The position numbers and the translations under genes are program-made. A stretch of 20,000 nucleotides of DNA from Vicugna vicugna (lineage: Eukaryota). Below, in pieces: positions 10,345 through 20,000 of the stretch; position 1 is the first letter of the stretch, and every line of letters starts with the position of its first letter. The notes under the pieces are model-generated. The model ran no database searches, was not told where the DNA came from, and saw nothing but the letters and a program-made list of their open reading frames with translations. The stretch is taken from positions 5,503,831 through 5,523,830 of the forward strand of contig MU058687.1 in NCBI GenBank assembly GCA_013265495.1. Reading direction: 5' to 3'.

Positions 10345-10756
10345 TACATTACATTAAAACTTCTCTCACTGTGTTGCCATTCTTTGTGTATACAACTTGT
10401 CCCTGACTTAAATTGATCTTGAAATCGGGGTCTCTTCCTCACTTATTTTTGTTTCACTGGCACCTAACACAGGGCCTAATAACATGGATAGAGTTTACCA
10501 TAGTGCTTGGACTTCACAGTCTTTGTATGAGTTCAAATTCTGCCAGTTATAAGCCACGTGACTTTGAGTAAGATATTACGTCTCATTGAGCCTAAAATGT
10601 AAACTGGGCATAATAATTCCTTTCTTCAAATGTTCTTCTGAGGATTAAGTAAGATAGACTTTTAAGTACTTCTCACAGTGCTTGGCACAGAGCTTATATT
10701 TAATGAAAATTATAATTATTATTATTATACATTCAAAAATTGTTGAATGAATCAGT
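10345..10756 (+). mobile_element. L2 3' end interrupted by a MIR
   Basis: ACTTGTCCCTGACTTAAATTGATCTTGAAATCGGGG...GCACCTAACACAGGGCCTAATAACATGG [MIR] CATTCAAAAATTGTTGAATGAAT. Confidence 0.65.
10500..10727 (+). mobile_element. MIR SINE
   Basis: GAGTTCAAATTCTG (B-box relic), GTGACTTTGAGTAAG..CTCATTGAGCCT..TGTAAACTGGGCATAATAAT core, TGAGGATTAAGTAAGATA and CAGTGCTTGGCACAGAG, ending in a (TTA)n tail. Confidence 0.75.
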
Positions 10757-11179
10757 CAAGCAACTAATGAGAATTAACAATGGAGTAACAGGCATATAGA
10801 GTTCTGGATCGATGTAGATACTTAAGGGTGGAGGTGGGGAGTATGTCAAGAAAGCATGAAGCAATTCAACTCAGTCTTTTTTTTTCTCAGCACATTTTCA
10901 AAAACTCCACATTTAGTGGACACATGAATATAAAAAAAAGTCTCAAAACAGCAGTGAAGTAGCAATAATTTAGAATAACAATGTTTCACAATGTCAACAC
11001 TATGCACTGGTCATCCCAAGTAGCTGTTTAAATCAAACTATGTATGTGCTCTCTGAAATTCTTATAAAGCAAAGCCACAGTAAATATGTGCTCTTTCTTT
11101 CATGCTGACATGATGTTAATTGGGCCTCTGACCTCATTCTGATCATGGTATATCTCATGCTACATCATAAAAAGAAAAG

Positions 11180-11427
11180 TAATATTTATGAGAGCTTACT
11201 ATGTACTCAGCATGTTTCGAAGTACTTTACATGAAACTGTTTAATTCTCACAACTCTGTAAGTATTCCCTACATGGAAATTATCACTGTCATCTTCATTT
11301 TACAGATGAGGAAACTGAGGCACATGGAATCAAATAACTTGGCATACATCACAGGGGCAGCAAGTGCTGCAGTAGATATTTGAGCCCAGGTGGGCAGACT
11401 CCAGAGTTCTCAACCACTGTGTTATAT
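11180..11427 (-). mobile_element. MIR SINE, near full length
   Basis: Core CATTTTACAGATGAGGAAACTGAGGCAC with TAACTTGGCATACATCACA, ATTTGAGCCCAGG and GACTCCAGAG..CTCAACCACT. Confidence 0.88.
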
Positions 11428-13184
11428 GCCCCACAAGATACACTAGCTCCACATGCCTATCACAGGCACCATCATAGCAGTGTTTGTATATTGTTTTGTA
11501 GCTAAATAAATTATTCAGACTGGTGGAAATATAGCTGTACACCTGGGAAGGCTCTGCACCAATGATATGAGATCTGCTGGTGGAGGCACAGTGCCCTATA
11601 AGCAAATTCTACTCAAATCACAAGTACACCAAGGGACAACATGCCAATCTGCAGAAGCAGGGCAAAAATTGACCACATTCTCAAACATATGAGGAGATGT
11701 GGCCTGTCATGAGATTTCAGCAATAGTCCCATTTCACCGGTATTGCTGTTGAGGGCCTCTTCAAATCTCTTTCCAAGTGTTCTGCCAGTGGGCAGACTTG
11801 GAGGTAGCAGCCGAACAATTGTGAGGCATAGCCAGAGCTTCCTAAAGCCTCCTACCTAAACCTCTAGCAATTTGTCTCACATCAAATCTTTGCTTAAAAA
11901 TAAACTTAAACATGACAGTCACTGAAACAAAGGGCAACAACTACTGAAGACAGCAACCAACATGGGGAATCCAGAATCCTCCTTTCCGCTTGTGTTCTGG
12001 GCCCAGACCTGTGCACCTGTGTACCAGTAGGTCTTGTCAGTGGTATCACACACCAGCTTACTGCTTTGGGGAATTTTGCTTATTCATATTTTTATATTTG
12101 TGCATGAGCTGGTTAATAGAGTTCCCCACTTTGATTTGTTGCCCTTGGATTGATTATATCTAGATGTTAAGATTAAGCAGTAGCATCCATTTTTCCATTT
12201 TCTGTACAATAGCAGAATTCAGTAATTCCTGTCTAACTGAAATTTTTATAACCATTGCAATTGTACAGTGTATTGCATCCAAATAAAATGTTAGTTCGGT
12301 CCTAGAATAGGCAGATTGGATTACATAGTTATTAAAATATGGAAAACAGCCCAAGAACTTTGGGGAACTCAAATTTTTACCCTTGGTATCTTCACCTCTG
12401 CAAGCCCTCTCTCTCTTCAGTTGAAACAGTCATGACCATAGTGGAAAACTGGTAAGCTCCTCAGTTGAAAAGTTCTTAAAAAGTCCACAGAAGACTTTTA
12501 ATTTTGCACATCACCTTTCATCTCTAGGGCTGTCCCTGCTGATTCATTCATCCTCTCCTCTGTCTCTTAACTCAGGAGAGAGTATGACCCCTAAACATGA
12601 GAAGCACCCTCCCTTGGCAGATGGAGAAAATGAGCTTCTGATTGGTTCTCCACTCAAAAAGTCAATATTCAGAAAATCACGCAGCACAGGGAGAACCCAC
12701 GTCATGACTGGAGCATGCCAATTCAAAAGTCACCCTCACCCTCAGATCCCACTGAAGTATCTTAATACCTGGGAACAGTATTTCCAGGAAGGTAAATACT
12801 GTAGAACTCTACATTTGTCATTAAACTTCAAATATCCTCATGCTGTACCCAAGGAGTGGTGACTGGTGTAGAGGGATTTCTGAAGACTGCTGCCCCTGTA
12901 ACAGCTAAATGTCCGTAAGAGGAACCAGCTAGATGACTGGTACCAGGAAATAAAGACAGAAGAACATAACAAGAGTCCAAGTCATCATCATCCTTTATCT
13001 GAACGACTGTAATACTTTGTCTGCCACCATTCTTGCCCACCCCAATTCTTTCTCTTCATATAGACCAGGGTTATTTTCACAAACACTGTCCTGCCCTACT
13101 TAGACTCTTAATGGAGTCCCATTTCACAAAGAAGAAAATGCCTCATCTTCAGCCCTTTATCCCTTCTCTCGTATGTTCCAGTAA

Positions 13185-13255
13185 CAGTCAGGCCTCCATA
13201 CACATGGGTTCTGCATCTGCAAATTCAACCAATCATGACGGAAAACACAGTAGCC

Positions 13256-13289
<34 letters not shown>

Positions 13290-13586
13290 AAAAAAAAAAA
13301 TATTATTATTATTGGAAAAACACAAAAAAAAAAAAAAAAAAAAAAAAAAAGGAGAGTTCCCAAAAGCAAAATTTGCATTTGCTCTTCCCTGGCCACTCTT
13401 TACACTGCATTTACATTGTAATAGGTATTATGTGTACTCTAGAGATGATTTACAATATACAGGAGGATGTGCATAGGTAATATGCAAATACTGTGTCACT
13501 TTATAAAAGGGACTTGGGCATCCATGGATTTTGGTACCCACAGGAGGTCCAGGAGCCAATCCCCCATAGATACCAAGGAACAACTG
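13185..13586 (-). mobile_element. TcMar-Tigger MITE, MER2/MER2B-like, with an expanded internal poly(A)
   Basis: Ends CAGTCAGGCCTCCATAC and GATACCAAGGAACAACTG are decayed TIRs. The internal CTAGAGATGATTTACAATATACAGGAGGATGTGCATAGGT..ATGCAAATACT..AAGGGACTTGGGCATCCATGGATTTTGGTA is characteristic of MER2. Confidence 0.88.
13256..13350 (+). repeat. Compound poly(A) tract: A29-TTTC-A12-(TAT)4-TGG-A5-CAC-A27
   Basis: Read directly from the sequence. Confidence 0.95.
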
Positions 13587-13841
13587 TGTTCACCACCTTT
13601 AACTTCTTGAACCATGCCAAACCATTTCCCAACTCAGAGCACAAACATTTCCCTCTTCCTGAAGCACATCCTTCTCCTCTTCTCCCCCAACTCCCAGATG
13701 ACTGCCCTCCTCTCTGGTTCTTCCCATGAATGGCCTCTTATTTTTCAGATTTGGCCTTTCATGTCCCTCCTGAGACAGGCCTTTCATTATTAACCTAGGC
13801 AGATATCACCCACTCTTCCCTGTCACAACACCCTGTTTAAT

Positions 13842-14430
13842 TTCTTCATTTAACATGTATTTTGTGTACTTCGTATGTGCCAAAGAGTGTTTTAAGCATT
13901 GTGGATACCACAGTGAACAAAACAGACAAAAAACGTGTGCTTCCATTAGTCAGAGAGGCAGACAATGAGAAAAATGAATCAGTAAATGAGTATGGAAAAC
14001 ATTTAGACACTAAAATTTCTTTTAGATAGAAGAGCTAGAGAAAATTTTACTGAGAGGGTGACCTGTGAGAAGAGACAGCCAGGACAGGAGGGGTGAGTCA
14101 GATGACTCTCCAAGGAAAGAGTGTTCCAGGCAGAGGGAGCATCAGGTGCAGGAGCCCTTGTGGTAGGACAGTGCCTGGGGTGTTTGAGGGAGGCAGGGAG
14201 CTGAGCCAGCGGAAGCGAACTGAGGCGGAGGACAGTTGTAAGAGATGAGGCTGGAGAAGTGATGGTAGGGTCAGACAGAGTAGGGCCTTGGATGTCACGG
14301 GACATTCTTTGGCTTTTACTCTGACTGAAATAAGTGGAAAGCCCTTGGACGCTTTTGAGGGGAGGATGATCACATCTGCCTTGCATTATGAAAGGATCAC
14401 TCCAGTTGCTCCTTGGGGGAATAATTCAAA
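13842..14430 (-). mobile_element. L2a fragment including 3' end
   Basis: TTCATTTAACATGTATTT..TATGTGCCA..GGATACCACAGTGAACAAAACAGACAAAAA, GGAAAGAGTGTTCCAGGCAGAGGGA, TGGCTTTTACTCTGA and GAAAGGATCACTCCAGTTGCT. Confidence 0.85.
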
Positions 14431-14436
14431 GGAGAG

Positions 14437-14806
14437 AGTTACAGAATGGATGTTTGTGTGCCCCCACCCAAATCCATATGTTGATGCTCTAACCCTCAAA
14501 GGGTCCACACTCAGAGAAAGGGCGTGTGAGGAGGTGAGAAAGTCAAATGAGGGCAGAGGGTGAGTCCCTAATCTGACAAGGCTCATGCCCTTATTGGAAG
14601 AGGATGGGACACCAGAGCTCTTTCTCCTCGCACACAGTCACCAGGAAACGCCACGTGAACGCACACCAAACAAGGAGGCCAGAACCCAACCAGGCTTGCA
14701 CCCTCATCTCAGACTTCCAGCCTCCAGAACTGTTAGCAAATAGATTTCTGTGGCTTAAGCCACCCAGGCCATGGTGTCTTGGTATTGCAACTAAAGCTGC
14801 AATATA
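14437..14806 (+). mobile_element. ERVL-MaLR solo LTR, MLT1A-like
   Basis: ATGTTTGTGTGCCCCCACCCAAATCCATATGTTGA near the start and CACCCTCATCTCAGACTTCCAGCCTCCAGAACTGT..TTTCTG..TTAAGCCACCCAG..ATGGT near the end. About 370 bp. Confidence 0.82.
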
Positions 14807-14882
14807 TTTTTATTATTATCAGAGATGGGGTGCAAGAATGGAAGACCGTCTCTCCTTAACAGTACTTAAAAGAATTTGTCAT

Positions 14883-15223
14883 CCCAGTCTATTTATGTTT
14901 TGTTTGTTTCTTTGATTGTTTAGATTCCACATATGAGCAACCTCATATGGTATTTTTCTTTCTCTTTCTGGCTTACTTCACTTAGAATGAAATTTTCCAG
15001 GAGCATCATGTTGCTGCAAATGGCGTTATAATGTAGAATAGATAAACAAGATTATACTGTATAGCATGGGGAAATATATACAAGATCTTACGGTAGCTCA
15101 CAGAGAAAAAAGTGTGACAATGAATATGTATCTGTTCATGTATAACTGAAAAATTGTGCTCTACACTGGAATTTGACACAACATTGTAAAATGATTATAA
15201 ATCAATAAAAATGTTTTTTAAAA
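14883..15223 (+). mobile_element. Young lineage-specific (camelid-like) L1, 5'-truncated with 5' inversion and 15-bp TSD
   Basis: TSD AAAAGAATTTGTCAT at 14868-14882 and 15224-15238, preceded by TT (TT/AAAA endonuclease site). 14883 to about 15029 is antisense and encodes ITPFAAT/..LENFILSEVSQKEKEKYHMRLLICGI*, the L1 ORF2 C-terminus. About 15030-15223 is sense 3' UTR with AATAAA at 15204-15209 and a short A tail. Confidence 0.92.
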
Positions 15224-15274
15224 AAAAGAATTTGTCATTTTAAATATCTGCCAGAGTATATTTGTTTTGAATCT

Positions 15275-15400
15275 TCTCCACTCCACTGTATGCTTTAAGA
15301 GGCTGGGCTCTGGGTCTCTCTCAATCACCAGCCTACCTCCACTTCCCAGTACTGCACCTGGCAGGGTGTGGATTTATAATAAATATTTGCTGAATGAGTA
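15275..15400 (+). mobile_element. L2 3' tail
   Basis: CCCAGTACTGCACCTGGCA...AATAAATATTTGCTGAATGAGT. Confidence 0.65.
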
Positions 15401-15537
15401 ATTTGATGACTTTAGGATTTCCCCTAAGAAGGGCTCATACATTTGCTCTTGAATTTAAAATGTTTTGTTTTTATTTGTTTCTTTAGAGACTTCTATGAAT
15501 TGATACTATAACACTTCCGTATTAATCAGCTTTCCTC

Positions 15538-15612
15538 TTTCGTATTCTTTCATTCCACAACTATCTATTAAGTACCTGCCATAAACTTGGCACTGTGTCA
15601 AAACTGGGAAGG
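15538..15612 (-). mobile_element. L2 3' tail fragment
   Basis: TTTCATTCCACAACTATCTATTAAGTACCTGCCATAAACTTGGCACTGTG. Confidence 0.55.
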
Positions 15613-15872
15613 AAGGATGGACCCTCATTATTTACTTTAAGTTGTTAACAGATATTTTATGTTTGTATTATTTAGTAACATGCTATTTAATGAGAGTTCA
15701 GTATGCAAAAAAGATAGAATATATGTTTACCAAAGCCAATTTAGCTTTCATTTCTGAAATAATTTTTACTGGACTATTTAGCAATCATTTATTAGGACTT
15801 AGACAGCACCCAGCCAAAGTGTAACTTTTGTACATGGCAGGCTACAGTCTTCACACTTGCATCACTTTGATT

Positions 15873-16318
15873 TGTGCATTCGTTCTGTAGGGCTGCTGTA
15901 GCAAAGCGCCACCTGGGTGGCTCAAATAACAGAATTTATTGCCCCGCAGCTCTGGAGCAAGAAGTCTAAGATCAAGGTGTCAACAAAGTTGGTTCCTCAG
16001 AGGTCTGTTCTGTTCCTCTTCCCTAGCTTCTGTGGTCTGCTGGCAGCCTTTGTCATTCCTTGGCTTGTGAAGGATCAGCCCAATCGCTGCCTTCATCTTC
16101 ATGTGGCATTCTGCCTGTGTGGGTCTGTGTCCTCATTTCCCCTTTTTATAAGAACCCCAGGCAGGTTGGATTAGGGGCCTGTCCTACTTCCATATGACCT
16201 TACTTTAACTTACTACGTCTACAGTGACACTATTTTCAACAAGGTCTTGTTCTGAGGTATTAGGGGGTTAGGACTTCAGCACATGGATTGGGGCAGGGAC
16301 ACAATTCAATTCATAATA
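15873..16318 (-). mobile_element. ERVL-MaLR solo LTR, MLT1C/B-like
   Basis: AGGGCTGCTGTAGCAAAG..CCAC..GGGTGGCT, AGAAGTCTAAGATCAAGGTGTC, CATTCCTTGGCTTGT, TTCTGAGGTATTAGGGGGTTAGGACTTCA and GGGACACAATTCAATTCATAATA. Confidence 0.88.
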
Positions 16319-16639
16319 ACTCTTAATCAAGGAATAAACTATAAGCTCTTCTTGAAGACTCCTCCACCTTTCAGCCTTTAATAACTAACTGTCTTTGATA
16401 CATGTTAGGATTGAAAGTTGCAACAACAAAAAGGTTAAATTCTGCATTCTACAACTTTCATAAGAAAATCACCATACTGTAGCCAAGAAAACACTTTAGC
16501 AAGAGTCATAAAGCCATGTCCCAGTCTCACAGAGGATAACGTCTGATTCAGCTAAGCTTATTGAGGGTATCAATGAGTTTCCTCATACATAAAAAGCAGT
16601 GATCACTAATGTCTCAGCCTGTGCCAGGAGTGTTCTAAA

Positions 16640-17205
16640 TAGTGGCAGGCAGAATTCTAAAATGACCCCCATGAACTGTACCTGTGAGGCTTCCCTTGTA
16701 CAGCAAATGGAATTTAGCGGTTGTAATTAGCAATAGATTGGCTTTATCATAGGGAGATTAGCAAGGTCAGCCTTACCAGTCACATGAGCCTCTACAAGCA
16801 GAGTTCTCTCCAACTGGCTGGTGAAGACAACATCAGAGAGACTCCAAGTGCGAGGGGGATTCTTACGAGGGAGGTTCTCTACTGCGAAGCTGGGGGTCGG
16901 GGGCACAGGGACAAGAGCCTGAGAGTAACATCTAAGAGCTGAGAAAAGAATCTGGCCAACAGCCAGCAAGAAAACAGGGGCCTCAGTCCTACAGGTAAGT
17001 GCAAGGCAATAAATTCTTCCAACAACCTAAATGACCTTAAAAGTGGATTTTTCTCCAGAAAACCAAAACTTTTGAGACCCTAAGTGGAGAAACCAATCAA
17101 GACACCCATCTGGACACTGACCTTCAGAACAGTGAGATATAAAGGGTGTGCTGTAAGCTGTTACATTTGCAGTATATGGTGTGCAGCAATAGAAAAACTA
17201 TGACA
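16640..17205 (+). mobile_element. ERVL-MaLR solo LTR, MLT1E/F-like
   Basis: GTGGCAGGCAGAATTCTAAAATGACCCCCATGA at the start, ACAGCCAGCAAGAAAACAGGGGCCTCAGTCCTACA internally, and GCAGCAATAGAAAAACTATGACA at the end. Confidence 0.85.
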
Positions 17206-17549
17206 TTATTACCTTGTGGTGAGGAAAGGAACAGAAAAAGCTGAGGAAAAAACAGGTGAAAACTGGGACAGGGTACTGCTAAAAGAAAGAAGCAAGGAAA
17301 GAGGAAAGACAGAAGGAGATAAGATATATGAAGTTATCCTTAAGTATTTCTACTTGGTCAGAGCTAAAACATGCTTACATTCATTTCTTTGTCCTCTGTG
17401 TCCTTGGAGTGGTGACAGTGGATCTAATTTGAAGCACATAACACTTTGTACAGTTCAACTGAAATCATGCTCCATATTACCTAGGAAAAGATCATATAAC
17501 AAAAAAATGAAAGTGATACAAGGTGCTTTTTGCACACATTAGGAAGAGT

Positions 17550-17668
17550 AGAGGTAAAAAAAAAAGACTAGAAAAGAAGACAAGGGAATATATAAGAAGG
17601 GGAGAGGAAGGACAGAAGGAAGGAAGGGAAAGGAGGGTAGAAGAGAAGGAAACTGGAAAGGAAAAAAA
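17550..17668 (+). repeat. GA-rich low-complexity (polypurine) tract
   Basis: AGAAGGGGAGAGGAAGGACAGAAGGAAGGAAGGGAAAGGAGGG, read directly. Confidence 0.7.
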
Positions 17669-18416
17669 TCTTTCTTAGAAGAATATAAAATTCTGTATTG
17701 AAAATTGAACTAACATGTGTCAGGGACAAGCATGGTGGCATCAAACTTCTCCTGACGTTCTCCAGAAGCAATAGAGAAATTGTCATTTCCACTCGGCTAT
17801 TTCAGCCTTTTTGAGCTTCACTGGTTCCCTGGCTGCTTAAACAGCCTTCAATGCCACCAAAGGAAGCAAAAGCTTCACAACCATGACGTTAAAACAAAAA
17901 TACCTTTACCTCATGTAGGTATTTCTGAGTCTAACAATTATGAAAACACAAAATCACATCTGTTTGAAAGAGATGAGTAAGCCAATGGCGATGTTAGACG
18001 TTTCCAATAAAATTCAGTAATTGAAAATAAGTTTTATTAGGAAAACATCATCCCTGGACTTTCCCCCAGCAAGGCAGAGAAATTATCCTGACATGGTCAA
18101 ATCCCAAAGAGATTTCTTCTCCCCCATGTCCTTATGGTCCTGTGGCTCCTCTATAGTATGTGGGGACATTCCACCCCACAATCAATGCCCAAATACAGAC
18201 CAACATCAGTGCCCTGAAACAAAAACACAAAGACCAACCTGGTGTAGAACTTACAGTAAAAAACACTGGTGAGCGAGCCAAAGTGGCCAGGCAATTAAAC
18301 AAGCACACACAAAAACGAGCAAGCTGTGCACAGAACTTCCACTGCTAGTTTCATGTAAGAATTTGGGGTTTTTTTGATTGAGCTCTTAAACACTAAAAAA
18401 CAGGCGTTGAGTACTC

Positions 18417-18429
18417 AGGACAAAGTTCA
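18417..18429 (+). promoter_or_regulatory. DR1 nuclear-receptor motif (HNF4/PPAR:RXR type)
   Basis: AGGACA-A-AGTTCA in non-repeat sequence. Motif match only. Confidence 0.3.
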
Positions 18430-18864
18430 ACTATACAAGCTGGCATCCAATTAATGGATAAGAAAAAAGCAGATATTCAGCTAGCAACTTCTGTTCTGGG
18501 TTCTAAGGAAATACCAACTCTGTTTGCTTTGTCCAGGGCTACCAATATTATTTGCAAAGCATTCTCAACAAGTTGGTTAAATAAGATCTCTTTTCCAGCA
18601 AGAGCTGAAAGACCACTCATGGAAGTGTGCTTGCCGTCGCTCCTCTTGCTGCACTCAGGAAATTCTGCATGATGACTGCCATTATTTCCTTTGTAGACGA
18701 CGATTCCATAATTGTCCATCCCCTGTCTTGTGGCCTTGGGAGGACTACTGATGTGATGGTTGATGGAGAGCCAAACCCCAAGACTGTCAAGTGACCCAAA
18801 GAGTTGTTTATGCCAATCTCAGGGAGGAAAAGTACCACATAATTACAAAATAACATATTTAGAC

Positions 18865-19189
18865 CAAGGGTCAGCAAACTTTTTCTGTAAAGGGCCACAG
18901 AGTAAATACTGTAGAATTTCAGAGCCATGTGGTCTTTGTCACAACCACTCAAGTCTGATTGTAGTGCAGCCCCAGACGAAATGTAAGTGAAAGAGTGTGG
19001 CTATATTCCAATAAATCTTTATTTGTGGACAAAAATTTGAATTTCCTATAATTTTCTCGTGTCATAAAACATTACCCTTATTTAGATCTCCTTCTTAAAA
19101 ATGTAAAAAAAAAATTCCTAACTCACAACCACACAAAAACAAGTGTTGGGATGGGATTGACAAGAGGGCCGTAGTTACACTGGTCCATG
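18865..19189 (+). mobile_element. hAT-Charlie MITE, MER58B-like
   Basis: CAAGGGTCAGCAAACTTTTTCTGTAAAGGGCCA start, GTGTGGCTATATTCCAATAAA, AATTTGAATTTCCTATAATTTTC and a GGGCCGTAGTT end. About 325 bp. Confidence 0.88.
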
Positions 19190-20000
19190 TGTTTCCAGGC
19201 TATACATCACATGATTATACTTGTGGATTGAATACCTAATAGAGACATAACAAAAGTTGTTTAAAGTTACATACCATGGGTACCAGATGCACAGAGTCTT
19301 TTGAACCATTAATGGAAGTTCATCTTTTCTAATAAACTATAATTCTATTTACTTGGTGCTTTTAGAGCTGATAGCCCATGAAGAAAATACAATGCAGAAA
19401 ACCCAGAAGTCTGAAGCAGTTTGACTTCCTATCAACTGTAATTCTTTGACACTGAAATACTGAATCATAAAACCCTGAGATTTGCTTTCCAGCAGACAGA
19501 AATTATCTCAGAATTATTCAGCGTTATTCATTTGGCTGAGAAATCACATTAGAGTTATTGGATGATTTGTCTGGTGCACAATTACAAATAAGCAATAGTC
19601 AGCATCTGCCCTGCCCTTTGTCCTTTGATGTCAACGACAGAATTCAATGGATAAATCCAAAGAATCAAGGTTGACTTCAACTGCAAGCCCTGGGAATAGC
19701 TGTACTAGGAGCTTCAATGCAGCTGTTCCTATTACCCACACAGTGTGAGTCACAGTTCAGGGCAATGCTAGCTGTTAATGGTGTGGTACTATCTGTATGT
19801 GTGTTAAGTTGTTCAATGTGTATAGCTTCATATCTCCATATTAATGCCAAATAAGGTGATTGCTAAAGAGCCGTCTAAACCAGTTCAATCCCATCAATTA
19901 ATCAATCAACAAGTATCTGCTAACTCTGTGACTTACCCAAAGCATCACAAAATTCCATTTGTGTCTGTTTTCCCTTAACATGCCAACGCATAGCAGCACT

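Larger units (their letters stand above)
12975..13850 (+). mobile_element. L2 fragment interrupted by MER2B
   Basis: L2-like sequence lies on both sides of 13185-13586: CAAGTCATCATCATCCTTTATCTGAACGACTGTAATA on the left, and TTCTTGAACCATGCCAA...TCCTGAGACAGGCCTTTC...CACCCTGTTTAATTTCTTCAT on the right. Confidence 0.6.

Noticed and set aside
11570..11598. Possible CTCF site (CTGCTGGTGGAGGCAC)
   Set aside because: It is only a partial match to the core motif in either orientation.
13033..13480. Poly-Lys and poly-Phe ORFs
   Set aside because: They are translations of the poly(A) tract within MER2B/L2 sequence.
13590..14430. Tail-to-tail L2 pair as a long dsRNA hairpin
   Set aside because: The copies are too diverged, and I could not see extended complementarity by eye.
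14003..14915. Cluster of ORFs of 66-127 aa
   Set aside because: All lie within L2a and MLT1A repeats, where higher GC makes stop codons rarer.
18454..18990. Overlapping ORFs on both strands (72-111 aa)
   Set aside because: I recognise no domain or family, two of them run into MER58B, and there is no coherent exon chain. BLASTp/PhyloCSF would be needed to revive them.
1..20000. Prokaryote-type systems (CRISPR arrays, operons, defence loci), tRNA/rRNA genes, CpG island, processed pseudogene
   Set aside because: The sequence is mammalian repeat-rich non-coding DNA. I saw no regularly spaced direct repeats, structured RNA gene signatures, CpG-dense segment or recognisable retrocopy.

Overview
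AT-rich, CpG-poor eutherian mammalian DNA, non-coding (intergenic or deep intronic) and largely a mosaic of old interspersed repeats. It holds seven solo LTRs (MLT1/MLT2 types plus one I cannot assign), L1, L2 and MIR fragments, and MER5A, MER2B and MER58B DNA-transposon relics. One young L1 has a 3' UTR resembling camelid (alpaca/camel) L1. That host call is from recall, and I saw no Alu, B1, Bov-tA, PRE1 or Can-SINE. I can support no protein-coding gene, and the only ORF homologies I recognise are decayed L1 ORF2 pieces. I found no convincing new biological system. The best observations are (1) a young 5'-inverted (twin-primed) L1 with a perfect 15-bp TSD, (2) an ancient L1 whose ORF2 endonuclease is split across an inversion with the same geometry, (3) an unassigned ERV1-like solo LTR with TATA, polyA, NF-kB and AP-1 motifs next to a perfect TALE-homeodomain palindrome, and (4) candidate non-coding exons and enhancer motifs in the repeat-free islands. 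Repeat subfamily names come from remembered consensus sequences and need RepeatMasker/Dfam confirmation.
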